This document shows, piece after piece, positions 1-9,123 of a DNA stretch of 64,000 nucleotides. The notes beneath the pieces were generated by a model. It saw only the letters and a program-made list of their open reading frames with translations, did not search any database and was not told where the DNA came from. Position 1 is the first letter of the stretch, and every line of letters begins with the position of its first letter. The stretch is from a virus: IMG/VR virus record IMGVR_UViG_3300043411_002794, positions 64,001 through 128,000 of that record; one strand, written 5' to 3'. Made by a program: the position numbers and the translations under genes.

Positions 1-138
1 GTAATGTGTGAACAGGTACTCGCTTGAACCGTACGCGACACCGCGAACAGATCGGGCGAACAGCGCTCCGCACTAACTCTAAAAAGCGACGCGGCCGCAG
101 ACGCACGTCACGGCCGCAACATTTGCACGCCAGTGTAC

Positions 139-636
139 TCATACTTGTTCGCCCAGTTCTTGCAGCCGTGCAACAATTCGCACCCGTCGCCGATCTAGCC
201 GGTTCAGCTCACAGCGCAATCGCTGGCATTCTTGCCGTCGCGTCTCACGACGACCGCCCGGCGTTAGTCGAAGATACGCTTTCACGGAAACGCTGGGCTC
301 GCCCGGGTTAAGATACTCCGGCCGATCGTGCAGCAGCTCCAGCGCCCGTAAGTTGTAGTGGTACTGCCGCCAGATCGGTTCCGGCAGCGCTTCATATACG
401 GCGATCAGCTTCTGCAGCGTGATAAATCCGCCGATATCCTGAAAAAGTTGTTCTTGTAAGTGGCGAACGGCCGCCGCTTCTTGTCCGTCAAACTGTGCCT
501 GGATCCAGCGATGATCTCGCAGCGCAGTAATTGCGTCACGGATCCGGCGGCGATAAAGACGGCCGGTCATTCCGGCCATAGTTTCCATCCGTCGAAGCGC
601 TGCTCGCGTACGCGGCAGCATCCCAGAAGGCGGCAT
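139..636 (-). CDS. hypothetical protein
   Basis: 165 aa ORF co-oriented with neighbours; C-terminal coiled-coil-like segment; no family recognised. Confidence 0.5.
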   Translation of the reverse strand: MPPSGMLPRTRAALRRMETMAGMTGRLYRRRIRDAITALRDHRWIQAQFDGQEAAAVRHLQEQLFQDIGGFITLQKLIAVYEALPEPIWRQYHYNLRALELLHDRPEYLNPGEPSVSVKAYLRLTPGGRRETRRQECQRLRCELNRLDRRRVRIVARLQELGEQV

Positions 637-781
637 GAAACTCCGTAGAGTTATGATTTATTGATAGTCTTGCGCGAGCAGCGCAAACACGCCGGGGCGG
701 TTTTCCGCCAGCCACGCTTTCGCGGGGCCTTCTTCGACGTTGCACTCGAAACCCTTACAGTCCTTCTTGGACGGGGCGTCA

Positions 782-1726
782 TCATACGACGTGCGAACGG
801 CTGTTACCGTGTGCCCACGGTGGTGCTGGTAACAGCGGCTTATCGGCGCCGTCTTCGATGAGTCGTTTGGTAAAGATTCCTTTAAGTCGAGCATACGCCG
901 GAGCCCGGTCACGATCGCCGAGTTTGCGACCCACCAACCAGTCGACGTAAGTGCTGCTGGCGGACAAGCTCATCAAGCACTTAGTGAATTGACTGTCCGT
1001 GATCTTCTGCGTCTTCGCCGAGTACTTGGTAAGCACGATACGGCGGTACAGCCACGCGCAAAGCGTCAGGTTAAGCGACGCCCACAAACGAAAATACTCC
1101 TGGTCGTTGCCCCAGGCCTTGAAACAACACTGCAAGAATCGCACGATCTGCTCGCCGTCTTCCTGCGTCATCTGTTTCGCAAGCGCAGCGCCACTGATAT
1201 TACGTGCACCCGGCACCAACGGCGCCGACGTCGACCAGCTGCGCACCAGCGCAGACATCGACAACAACGAGGAGGTACCCTCGCGGCGAATCTGCCCGTA
1301 GCCGACAAACGGGCAATGTTTCCGAATCGTCTGTAGTACCGGAGAACACGGCTCAAGCCCGCGCATGATGTCGTCGGGCTTCATGGAAACTAAGTGCGAG
1401 TTCAGTGCCACGAACTCTTCGGCCAACTCGGCCATCGAGCTACAGTAGCACGTACGCGCATCGACGTAGCCTTCCGACAATTCACTCAGCAGGAAGGCGT
1501 GGCGGCGTTGTCGCCCGTCAATCAGGTAGCGAGTACCGTCGACGACGCCGAACGTAATGATTCCCGGCAAAACGCCGCCGTCGGTCTGCAGCCGTTCAAC
1601 CAAAGCGAGAACAGCTGCGTTGACGGTATCTTCTCGCTGAAAATCCGGCAGCCGCCAGTCTTGCGCTTGTTTACGCGTAAAGTGCAGTGTATCGACAGAT
1701 GTCTTCGTAACACGGTTCTTACTCAT
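782..1726 (-). CDS. ParB/Srx-fold N-terminal domain protein (DUF262/DndB-like)
   Basis: motifs WRLPDFQRE and YLIDGRQRRHAF resemble the PxxQR...IDGQQR/DGQHR signature; start overlaps the NAMPT stop. Confidence 0.6.
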   Translation of the reverse strand: MSKNRVTKTSVDTLHFTRKQAQDWRLPDFQREDTVNAAVLALVERLQTDGGVLPGIITFGVVDGTRYLIDGRQRRHAFLLSELSEGYVDARTCYCSSMAELAEEFVALNSHLVSMKPDDIMRGLEPCSPVLQTIRKHCPFVGYGQIRREGTSSLLSMSALVRSWSTSAPLVPGARNISGAALAKQMTQEDGEQIVRFLQCCFKAWGNDQEYFRLWASLNLTLCAWLYRRIVLTKYSAKTQKITDSQFTKCLMSLSASSTYVDWLVGRKLGDRDRAPAYARLKGIFTKRLIEDGADKPLLPAPPWAHGNSRSHVV

Positions 1727-3198
1727 TAGCGGTCAAAACTCCGTACCCGCTGCCGAATGTCGAGCAGCGTGTTGTTATAGGTAATCACGCCGTCTTCAAA
1801 GACGGTGTTCAAGTAGCTGGCGTCGAAGGCATCCCGCATCGTCACCTTGTCGCAGGTGATGAAGTTGCCGCCGGCGTCGCGGTAGAGTCGCATGAAGCCC
1901 TTGAGCGATTTCTTATTGGGATCCGTGATCGGATCCTTTTCAATCTCGCGGACTTCGTCGTTGACGCGGACAACGGTCGCCTTGATGGCGTAACCGCTCG
2001 TGTCCCGGGTATGGTTGCGGAGGATCCCGCCGACGCCGATCACGAGGTTCTCGGGCGAGTAGCCCATCTCGCGAAGGTTGGCCAGCACGCGTTCGTAGCG
2101 GGCCAAGAACATGCCGTCGCCGTAGATCAGGCGTACGTGCGGATCGAGGACCTTGTAACCCTGCTTGTTGACCGTATGGCCGAAGGTCTTGTCGAGCAGT
2201 TGGATGCAGCCCAGTCGCTCCGGGCTATCGATTTCTGCGGCCGGGTCGCCACAGATGATCAGCTCTGGATCGCCCGAGTCCGGCCGGAAGACGACCTGCC
2301 CGTCACGGGCCATGATCTGATCTTTGAGCCGCGGCGCGAAGTCCGTCAGCACGTTGTAGATGCTGTACGTGTCGCTGACGATCGAGACGTGGCCGGACGG
2401 GTATTCTTCGAGCATGTGCACGAAAGCGTCGAACTCGGCCGTACGGCCGTAGCTGCACATGACCGAGTGCTCGCTGGCCGGGACCGACATCATGACCGGC
2501 TCCACCGCGTCCACGGCGTCGTAAAACGCGTCGGCGTACGGGGCGGCCGGAACCGTGTCCGAGCCGAAGAAATTGGTCAAGTGCGCAACGCCGGAGATCC
2601 CGGCACTCTCTTCCGTATCGGCGCCGCGGTAGCCGAAGTCGTGGACCGAGAAGCCCATCCACGGCCGCACTTCTTCGTCGACGCATTCCCGCCAGTTCTT
2701 GAGGACGACTTGGCGGTAGGTGTTGCTGCAGGTGGCCACGGTGTTCGTGTACCAGATCTTGAGCAGCAACGACTCGAAGAAGCCGACGACCCAGTAGAAC
2801 TCCGGCAGCGTGTTGGAGATCGTCATCAACACGTTACGGGCCGGAAGGATCGTCCCTTCCGGCACAGCCATGATCTTGAGCGGGATCCGGCCGTGGTTAA
2901 TGAGCCTCGCAATCTTGTCTTTAATCTTGTCCGGGCACGGCTGCCGCAGGATCTGCTCGTAGTACTTGAAGAACTCGACGGCCATCCACGGCTCGAGCTT
3001 CATCGTCAGGTACCGGCGGAGGTAGTACTGCAGCCCGAAGAAAACCGTCCGCGGAAAGGTCTTGGTGCTCCGAGCCATCAAGTGCGAGTACACGAAATCG
3101 CAGCCCGGGGCGTACTGAGACATATGCCCCAGTTTGTAGACGTCCGTGAGTAGCAGCGGGTTCGTGCGAAGCGTGACGTGCTGAGGGATACCGTTCAA
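1726..3198 (-). CDS. nadV: nicotinamide phosphoribosyltransferase family (NAMPT/NadV; possibly Namat of NARP1)
   Basis: motifs TDVYKLGHMSQY, VHDFGYRG, PASEHSVMC, VSDTY, RPDSGDP, LIYGDG; AGGAG SD upstream of a TTG start. Confidence 0.93.
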   Translation of the reverse strand: MNGIPQHVTLRTNPLLLTDVYKLGHMSQYAPGCDFVYSHLMARSTKTFPRTVFFGLQYYLRRYLTMKLEPWMAVEFFKYYEQILRQPCPDKIKDKIARLINHGRIPLKIMAVPEGTILPARNVLMTISNTLPEFYWVVGFFESLLLKIWYTNTVATCSNTYRQVVLKNWRECVDEEVRPWMGFSVHDFGYRGADTEESAGISGVAHLTNFFGSDTVPAAPYADAFYDAVDAVEPVMMSVPASEHSVMCSYGRTAEFDAFVHMLEEYPSGHVSIVSDTYSIYNVLTDFAPRLKDQIMARDGQVVFRPDSGDPELIICGDPAAEIDSPERLGCIQLLDKTFGHTVNKQGYKVLDPHVRLIYGDGMFLARYERVLANLREMGYSPENLVIGVGGILRNHTRDTSGYAIKATVVRVNDEVREIEKDPITDPNKKSLKGFMRLYRDAGGNFITCDKVTMRDAFDASYLNTVFEDGVITYNNTLLDIRQRVRSFDR

Positions 3199-3207
3199 GC
3201 GAAGCTC

Positions 3208-4116
3208 CTAGAAAACGTCGAAAGGAAGACGATACACATGCGGCGGCGAAGTGTGTTCCTCCCGCCAGAAAGAGTTTGTTGTAGCAATCGTGGCGTAGTG
3301 GGCTTTCAGCGAATCGAGCCCCTTGGAAAAGATCCCGTGCGAAACAAATAAATGCTTCGCTACGGCACCGCCAGCGGTAAGTGCGCGCGCCAGCAGCTCG
3401 AACGTCGCGCCGCCGTCACAAATATCATCGACCACCAGACAACGACAGCCGCGAACATTGCCGCTAAGTTCGTAACTGGTGATGTATCCGGTGTTGAGAT
3501 CGCGCACCTTGTTGCCGATGACGACGCGATGCGACAGATTCAGTTTCGCCATCTTTTTAGCGGCACCGGCATCCGGCGCCACGATCACGAGCTCGGTTTC
3601 ACCGGATCCGAGTAACGTCGCCTGTTGCTTCACGTGCGATTCGTTCGTGATGATCAGCGACTTGATTTCAAGTGCGTCCGTCATCGCTGCGACCACGTCC
3701 GAGTGCGGGTCGAAGAAGGCGACTTTTTCAAACTCAGCCAGCTTCAATTGTTTCAAAAACACTTTAAGGCTGAACGATTCGCCGGGCACCATCACGCGAT
3801 CTTGTCGTGCATACGGCACGTACGGAATGAACCCGTACACGCGCCAATCGCGACGACGGCACGCATCGGCCAGCAGTAACATCCGCTGAATATCACCGCT
3901 GCTGCGAAGCCGTGCGACAATAGTTACAGGCGTGTCTCTCGGCCAGCCTTCAAATCTACGCAACTTGACGTGCTCTTCGCCGCCGTGGAACGTAAACGCC
4001 TCGAATCGCGGGGAGGCGTCACGACGGGTTTCGTTGTCGCCGAGGGCGGGCGTCGGACAATCCAGATCCAAAAAGATCATCGATAATGCCTTGCAGGAGA
4101 TACGATATAAGGACAA
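3208..4116 (-). CDS. prs: ribose-phosphate pyrophosphokinase-like protein (possibly Adps of NARP1)
   Basis: motifs PYVPYARQDR, FFDPHS, VAPDAGA, LVVDDICDGGATF, VSHGIFSKG. Confidence 0.9.
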   Translation of the reverse strand: MSLYRISCKALSMIFLDLDCPTPALGDNETRRDASPRFEAFTFHGGEEHVKLRRFEGWPRDTPVTIVARLRSSGDIQRMLLLADACRRRDWRVYGFIPYVPYARQDRVMVPGESFSLKVFLKQLKLAEFEKVAFFDPHSDVVAAMTDALEIKSLIITNESHVKQQATLLGSGETELVIVAPDAGAAKKMAKLNLSHRVVIGNKVRDLNTGYITSYELSGNVRGCRCLVVDDICDGGATFELLARALTAGGAVAKHLFVSHGIFSKGLDSLKAHYATIATTNSFWREEHTSPPHVYRLPFDVF

Positions 4117-4715
4117 ATTTCACGCGGCTCGATCCAGCTTTCGTCTAACACGGCGTTCGGATTTCCCGCCGCCTGTATTTGTTTCAATTCAGCCTGTGCC
4201 GCTTTTCTACGTGCAGCGATCTGCTCGTAGCGATGATTAAGGTCGCGCGCCATTTCGTCGGCACGATTCGCCAGCGACTCATGAAAGTCCGCGGCCGAGT
4301 CAATACCATGCAGCAGCCGTTCGCGGACAACTTGCGGTACGCCTAGCGACAAAATGTTTTCACGAAGCAGTGTAGTCTGATCCTTAAACCAGACGCGGCC
4401 GCCGACGGACAACGGATCATCGAAGATTCGCTCGGGAACAATGTGTCCCGGCAAAACCATCCCGTCCCAGCCGCAATTACGAATGTAGTGCAGCGTCTCG
4501 GTGCGCGTTTCTTGCAGGATGAACTGGAACACGGCAATACGGGCCTCGTAAGCCGTTGGCGCCGAAGTGTGATACGCGGACATATCGCCGGAACCGGCGT
4601 CGTACAAAGCGCAGACAACGGTAAACGGCTTGAGCGGAGTATTGCCGTAACGAGGAAACAGCGGATCGGGGTCGCCGTCCGTTTGAAGATCAATCGAGCG
4701 TCTTGCCGTGCTCAT
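4077..4715 (-). CDS. hypothetical protein
   Basis: start trimmed to MSTARRS (ATGA overlap with upstream stop at 4712). Confidence 0.6.
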   Translation of the reverse strand: MSTARRSIDLQTDGDPDPLFPRYGNTPLKPFTVVCALYDAGSGDMSAYHTSAPTAYEARIAVFQFILQETRTETLHYIRNCGWDGMVLPGHIVPERIFDDPLSVGGRVWFKDQTTLLRENILSLGVPQVVRERLLHGIDSAADFHESLANRADEMARDLNHRYEQIAARRKAAQAELKQIQAAGNPNAVLDESWIEPREICPYIVSPARHYR

Positions 4716-5503
4716 GGTTCCAGGTTCACTAGCCAAATCGTGCCGTAGTCTTGTCCGACCTGCGATCGCCATTGATCGCGGATCAGTGCTTCGATGTGCT
4801 CCGGAAGCGAGTTACTGAGTTCGCCGTGATCGTAGACCAGGAAGACGTCAGAGAACTCGTGGGGTTCGCCGCCGCGATGCCAGGTCGCCGCAAAGCAGCG
4901 CGCCCGGTGGTGCCAGGACTGGTTGAGCCAGGCCTTAAACTCAGCGTCCGCAAAGATATGCGGGCATTCCCATCGCAGCGTCGGAATCGTCTCCACGGGC
5001 GTCACAGTCGTGCCCCGGAGACGTAAATGGTGTTCTCGGGTCCGGCGATTCCCGGTGTCCCGTGCGGGCCGCCCAGGTTCAACACCCAGATCTGCTGATT
5101 CTGATTCCAGATTGTCGCCCGGCCCGTCAGCAACTGGCCGTGCGGCGTCTCGATCCCCACCTGGGAGCCGATCTTGATCTGGTTGAACAGAACTTCCCGT
5201 TGAAACAGACCCGGCAGCCGGGTCCTGCTGTAGCCGTTCTTCTGCAGCCACATGTCGAGGCGGGAGCCTTTCGTTGCGGTATTCACGCCAGTTCCAGTGA
5301 TAAATTTCATTTGTGTTGAGCGCGAGATCGATCATCGCACCGCTCGCCGGCGAGTAATTGAGCAGCTCAATCACACCGTTTCCGCTTTGCGACATGTGTC
5401 GCAGCATTTCCTGCAGGCGAGCAGTCGCCTCTTGCGTCGCATCCGCTTCTAGCCGAATGCTCAGCTGCAGCGGGTGCGTCGTTATGAGCTCGTAGGTGGG
5501 CAT
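4712..5503 (-). CDS. hypothetical protein (possibly two genes in one frame; probable internal GTG start at 5005)
   Basis: 263 aa ORF whose middle looks like an off-frame shadow of 5002..5310; GTGA overlap at 5002-5005. Confidence 0.45.
   Translation of the reverse strand: MPTYELITTHPLQLSIRLEADATQEATARLQEMLRHMSQSGNGVIELLNYSPASGAMIDLALNTNEIYHWNWREYRNERLPPRHVAAEERLQQDPAAGSVSTGSSVQPDQDRLPGGDRDAARPVADGPGDNLESESADLGVEPGRPARDTGNRRTREHHLRLRGTTVTPVETIPTLRWECPHIFADAEFKAWLNQSWHHRARCFAATWHRGGEPHEFSDVFLVYDHGELSNSLPEHIEALIRDQWRSQVGQDYGTIWLVNLEP
5002..5310 (-). CDS. hypothetical protein nested in 4712..5503
   Basis: 102 aa with globular, protein-like composition; its stop overlaps a GTG start. Confidence 0.6.
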   Translation of the reverse strand: MKFITGTGVNTATKGSRLDMWLQKNGYSRTRLPGLFQREVLFNQIKIGSQVGIETPHGQLLTGRATIWNQNQQIWVLNLGGPHGTPGIAGPENTIYVSGARL

Positions 5504-5838
5504 GCGTCGCCTGCCTCCGCCGGCGCCTCGGGCGGCAGCATGTAGCTGAGCTCCAGCCGCAGACTCATTTTGTCGGGCGAGTTGCCGGGGACGACCTCCG
5601 GCCGCGAGCAGGGAACGAACGCCCGATCCGGAACATGTTCCGGCACGGCGATCCCCATGCCCCGCAGGTCGGCGGCTTTGATGAGATAGGGTCGCTCGGC
5701 GCAGGCTTCCTTGACGGCTTCCCGGAGAATTTCCGAGATATCCATCTGCAGCTTGAGCGCGACCACTTTGGTGAATCGGTAACCGACGTACTTCCGCATC
5801 AAAGCGGAAATACGATCCACGAACGGACGGACTTCCAT
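5482..5838 (-). CDS. hypothetical protein
   Basis: 118 aa; start coupled to upstream stop (TAATG). Confidence 0.6.
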   Translation of the reverse strand: MEVRPFVDRISALMRKYVGYRFTKVVALKLQMDISEILREAVKEACAERPYLIKAADLRGMGIAVPEHVPDRAFVPCSRPEVVPGNSPDKMSLRLELSYMLPPEAPAEAGDACPPTSS

Positions 5839-6017
5839 TAGAGATACTTGTCGATCATTTTTTGAGCGGCCGTTCGCTGCTTCTCCGACAGCGGTCCGGT
5901 TTGTTTATGGAGCAGGCTCTCCAAAAAGTCAGCCTCCCAGGCCGACACGTCGATGCCTTCGTCATCGTCAATTTCGCGAAGCTTCTCGCGGATTTCTGCG
6001 TCCTCGTCCCGCGTCAT
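5838..6017 (-). CDS. hypothetical protein
   Basis: start trimmed to MTRDEDAE, with AAGGAGG SD upstream. Confidence 0.6.
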   Translation of the reverse strand: MTRDEDAEIREKLREIDDDEGIDVSAWEADFLESLLHKQTGPLSEKQRTAAQKMIDKYL

Positions 6018-6049
6018 GTCGCCCTCCTTGGCGCCAGGCCGATGCGTCA

Positions 6050-6466
6050 TCATCCCTCCGTCAGAAAGTACTCCCATTCAGCTTCCGAGTCGACTACGTC
6101 GTCCCAGCCGGCCGGATAGGTGCGGCGATTGCGGGCCGTCAAAGCCCGATGTTTCGCCGCGGTCATGGCTCGTAAGTTCTTATAACGATTGTTTCTTCGG
6201 TCGCCGTCCCGGTGGTGGATATCGTAGCCATCCGGGACCAGTTTGCGACGCACGGACATCCAGACGATGCGGTGAACCGCCACCGCCCGCCGCGCGCCGT
6301 CGAGGTAAATACGCACAAACAGGTACCGATCGGTTGAATCGGGCCGCTGGATCATCAACCTGCCGTCTTTGAAGATCTCGAGTTTCTTCAAATCAACGGT
6401 GATCCGCCCGGCCCGAATGGCCTGCAGTACACGTGCGTACGTGAGCGACTTATATTTTCTCGGCAT
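6050..6466 (-). CDS. HNH endonuclease (HNH_3-like)
   Basis: AVHRIVWM...YDIHHRDGDRRNNRYKNLRAMTAAKH; start trimmed to MPRKYKS. Confidence 0.85.
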   Translation of the reverse strand: MPRKYKSLTYARVLQAIRAGRITVDLKKLEIFKDGRLMIQRPDSTDRYLFVRIYLDGARRAVAVHRIVWMSVRRKLVPDGYDIHHRDGDRRNNRYKNLRAMTAAKHRALTARNRRTYPAGWDDVVDSEAEWEYFLTEG

Positions 6467-6525
6467 TGCCGGCTCCGAGGTCGGAGCCACTATACCCGCA
6501 AGCCGGTCGGCGTCGAGGTTTCTAA

Positions 6526-6891
6526 TTACTCGCCGTCGAGGGTCATGCCGCGGAAACGCCCTATAGGCATTTGCGCGCGTGGTGTCGGCGGGCCGGGCGG
6601 TTGCGTCGGTTCGTCGTCCAGATCGACGGCACCCCACTCGTGGCCGTTGCAACAGAGCAGGGTCACCAACCCCTCGTCATCGAGGACGGTGTGCTGGGCG
6701 TCCCAAAAGATCTTGGTCTCGCCGCCGTGATCGAGGACGGCACCAGCATTGATGGCAGCCTGGATCTCTTCGGCGGAGGACTCGTCGTCCAGGTCGTCGG
6801 GGTAAACGAAATTGGCGCGACCGTAGAGAACCTCGGCCGTCCCGCGAGCTGGTTCCCCGCATTCGGGGCAAGCAATCGGTGAAAACCGCAT
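6526..6891 (-). CDS. hypothetical protein with CxxC / CCNGHEW zinc-binding-like motifs
   Basis: ACPECGEP at the N-terminus, LLCCNGHEW near the C-terminus. Confidence 0.6.
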   Translation of the reverse strand: MRFSPIACPECGEPARGTAEVLYGRANFVYPDDLDDESSAEEIQAAINAGAVLDHGGETKIFWDAQHTVLDDEGLVTLLCCNGHEWGAVDLDDEPTQPPGPPTPRAQMPIGRFRGMTLDGE

Positions 6892-6904
6892 AAAACGGAC
6901 GTTT

Positions 6905-7045
6905 CCAACTTTAGCCTATAATACTTCGTATTCATACGGTTCGCTGGTAAGCCAAAGTCGGGCCAAAACTTTAGCCTATAATACTTCGTATTCATAGGGT
7001 TCACTGGTTCCACCAACTTTAGCCTATAATAACTACGTTATTCAT
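6905..7045. repeat. three AT-rich direct repeats (~30 bp core AACTTTAGCCTATAATACTTCGTATTCATA)
   Basis: cores start at about 6907, 6967 and 7015; the first two are identical over 30 nt, the third is a variant; each contains TATAAT on the plus strand. Confidence 0.9.
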
Positions 7046-7094
7046 TCTCATGAGTTTGATTGGGGCCTAAGGGCACCCCAATCAAACATGAGAA
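7045..7094. other. long inverted repeat / hairpin
   Basis: TTCTCATG[AG]TTTGATTGGGG-loop-CCCCAATCAAA-CATGAGAA: 19 bp stem with a 2-nt bulge. Confidence 0.8.
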
Positions 7095-7117
7095 AGGCGA
7101 TAGGAAGAGTAAATACC

Positions 7118-7567
7118 CTAAGTACCATGATCACAGGCTGCGATGGCATCCCGCACGACCGTGAGCTTGTCGATGATGCGCTGCAACCTAGCAACAGCGG
7201 CCGCAGGTGCTGCTCGCGATTCTTCATCCAACTCGGCTGCGATGAACGTCAGCCGATCATCACCAGCGGCCTTGGCGCGCTTCCAAAGTTGATGCAGCGT
7301 GCTAATCCCGCGATAGGGCGCGCGGGCTTCTTCCGCGGGATGGTAGGCCTGCAGCACGACCAGCATGTCATCGGCCGGCCAGCAGAGTTTGTTGCGGGTA
7401 CGCCGCGACAGGATCTTGGCGCGTTCGTAGGTGGTAGCGTCGATGGTGCCCATGTTCTCGCACCCTTCGGTCTCGTAGGCGTCCACGACGTCTGCGAGCA
7501 TGGCTGCAAGTTCTTCGTAGGTGGGTTTGTCGGCTTCGGGTCTTGCGACCTGTTCAGCTTCGGTCAT
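7118..7567 (-). CDS. hypothetical protein
   Basis: 149 aa; preceded by the GGTAATTAGAAACCC motif. Confidence 0.65.
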   Translation of the reverse strand: MTEAEQVARPEADKPTYEELAAMLADVVDAYETEGCENMGTIDATTYERAKILSRRTRNKLCWPADDMLVVLQAYHPAEEARAPYRGISTLHQLWKRAKAAGDDRLTFIAAELDEESRAAPAAAVARLQRIIDKLTVVRDAIAACDHGT

Positions 7568-7576
7568 GTTGGGTTT

Positions 7577-7843
7577 CTAATTACCTGATTTGGTAAGTTG
7601 CGTAAGATGGCTCTTCCAGGTACCGTCGTCCCCGAAAGTTCGCAGGTCGATCGCCGCCGAGCAGACGCCGCGATCAAACTCAGCGTTGCTGGCAGCAACT
7701 TTTTCGTAGTCATGCCAGAACTGGTGAGGCTTGCTGTTTAAGCGAGCCAGAAGGCCGATGGCGTAGCTCTGGCGGGCTCTCAGCTCGCGAAGCGTCATAC
7801 CGGCCATCCAACGGACCAACGCGTCTACGTGCTCCGTAGGCAT
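7577..7843 (-). CDS. hypothetical protein
   Basis: start trimmed to MPTEHV. Confidence 0.5.
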   Translation of the reverse strand: MPTEHVDALVRWMAGMTLRELRARQSYAIGLLARLNSKPHQFWHDYEKVAASNAEFDRGVCSAAIDLRTFGDDGTWKSHLTQLTKSGN

Positions 7844-7899
7844 CGTGTCGCGTTCCCGGGGAATTCTGTTCAGTATTAGTGGAAGTGGTTGCATTATCA

Positions 7900-8484
7900 C
7901 TAAAGCGAATACAAGAGGTTGTCGTCGCCCGCGTACAGATTCCACTCGCCGAACGACTTGGCGATCGCTGTCAGCTCGGCCACGGCGTCTTTGGATTTGT
8001 GATCCCAGTCGCCGTCCCAGAACCCGGCGCCGTGGCGGTTACGGGTGAGGAAGAAATCCTGGCCGGCGTCTTTCAGCTCGGCGTCGTCATCCATGTCGAG
8101 GTACGGCGAGGCCTGCTGCAAGAAGTGGTAGCAGTCTTTGCCCATCTCATGCTGGGTGCATTCGGCTAGGTCTTCCGGGCCGTGGTCGGTGTTAAGCTCA
8201 CGGCCTTGCTCGTCGGACGGGGAGAACCAGATTGCAGCGTCGATGTAGCCCTCAAAGAACGCGTTCTCGTTCAGGATGGCATACTCGACGAATATCCAGC
8301 AGGCCGTGTCGGCCAGCAGGCCGGGGCGACCGGGGCGGGCCAGTCGCCAGCGGTTCATTGCGCTCCAGTGTATCGACCACCAGCGAGATCGTGTCGGAAT
8401 GCGGCGCTGGCCGCGGCGGTGTTCGTTGAGATTGAACTCCAGGCAGGTGTTGACCGACACCGGCAGCGGGGCCAGGGCGATCAT
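7900..8484 (-). CDS. conserved phage hypothetical protein (DFxLTRNxHGAGFWD motif)
   Basis: AGQDFFLTRNRHGAGFWDGDW, a motif I recognise from other phage hypothetical proteins; true start uncertain. Confidence 0.65.
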   Translation of the reverse strand: MIALAPLPVSVNTCLEFNLNEHRRGQRRIPTRSRWWSIHWSAMNRWRLARPGRPGLLADTACWIFVEYAILNENAFFEGYIDAAIWFSPSDEQGRELNTDHGPEDLAECTQHEMGKDCYHFLQQASPYLDMDDDAELKDAGQDFFLTRNRHGAGFWDGDWDHKSKDAVAELTAIAKSFGEWNLYAGDDNLLYSL

Positions 8485-9104
8485 GCTTTGGTCTTTTTGC
8501 GCGGCTTGGCGACCAACACCGCAGCTCCGGCGATCTCAACGATTCGATCGCGGGTCCAGGTGCGACTGCCTTTGCTGGTTATTGCCAGAATGGCCTGCCA
8601 TTCGTCTTCGGTCAGCGTGTCCCAGAAGTCTTGGCCGACCGCGGCGATATGCTCGTACGTTTCCAGCAGTTCAACAAAGAACTTGTTGCCGTAAACCTTG
8701 AGCGGATCCCCGGGAATGATTTTCAACTCATCCGGGTGGAAGTCTTTCTCCGGCAACGCCAAGAGATCCACTTCGAAGATGTCCGGCTTGGCGAACTTTT
8801 TGATCGTGCTGCGAAGCCAGGCTTGCACGAGCCCGGCGTTTTTCAGATTGGCAGTCGGGATCAGGATATTGCGGCAGGGCGTCGTCTGCTCGCTGTCCAT
8901 CTCGTACTCGACCGTCACGCGTACGACGAACGGCGGAGTCAGCGGCCGATCGAAGCGATCCTGCACGCCGAGCAGCGTACGTAGCAGCAGGGCCTGATCT
9001 TCACTCGTAAGCAGCACTTGCTCGCCGCGACGCGAAACGAAGCGGATGAGGCCGCTGTCGGTGTGCTCGACGACAGGCCCGGGGTTATAGGCTTTCTTCG
9101 CCAT
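8481..9104 (-). CDS. hypothetical protein
   Basis: start trimmed to MAKKAYNP. Confidence 0.6.
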   Translation of the reverse strand: MAKKAYNPGPVVEHTDSGLIRFVSRRGEQVLLTSEDQALLLRTLLGVQDRFDRPLTPPFVVRVTVEYEMDSEQTTPCRNILIPTANLKNAGLVQAWLRSTIKKFAKPDIFEVDLLALPEKDFHPDELKIIPGDPLKVYGNKFFVELLETYEHIAAVGQDFWDTLTEDEWQAILAITSKGSRTWTRDRIVEIAGAAVLVAKPRKKTKA

Positions 9105-9123
9105 TAAAACATCGGTACTCCGG

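Noticed and set aside
658-912. 84 aa ORF, or an alternative basic ~44 aa peptide starting at the stop of 782..1726
   Set aside because: Cannot choose a frame; heavy overlap with the upstream gene; no motif.
2011-3153. Long plus-strand ORFs opposite real genes (also 9235..10230, 14378..15220, 29301..31643, 41872..43185; minus-strand 23789..24925)
   Set aside because: Antisense shadows expected from GC-rich codon bias; no motifs; each lies opposite a well-supported gene.
6905-7045. Mini-CRISPR array or loxP-like site
   Set aside because: Inter-repeat segments are related to each other (NGGTTCNCTGGT) and unequal (30 vs 18 nt). The ACTTCGTAT resemblance to loxP lacks the inverted 13 bp second arm, and no recombinase is in the window.
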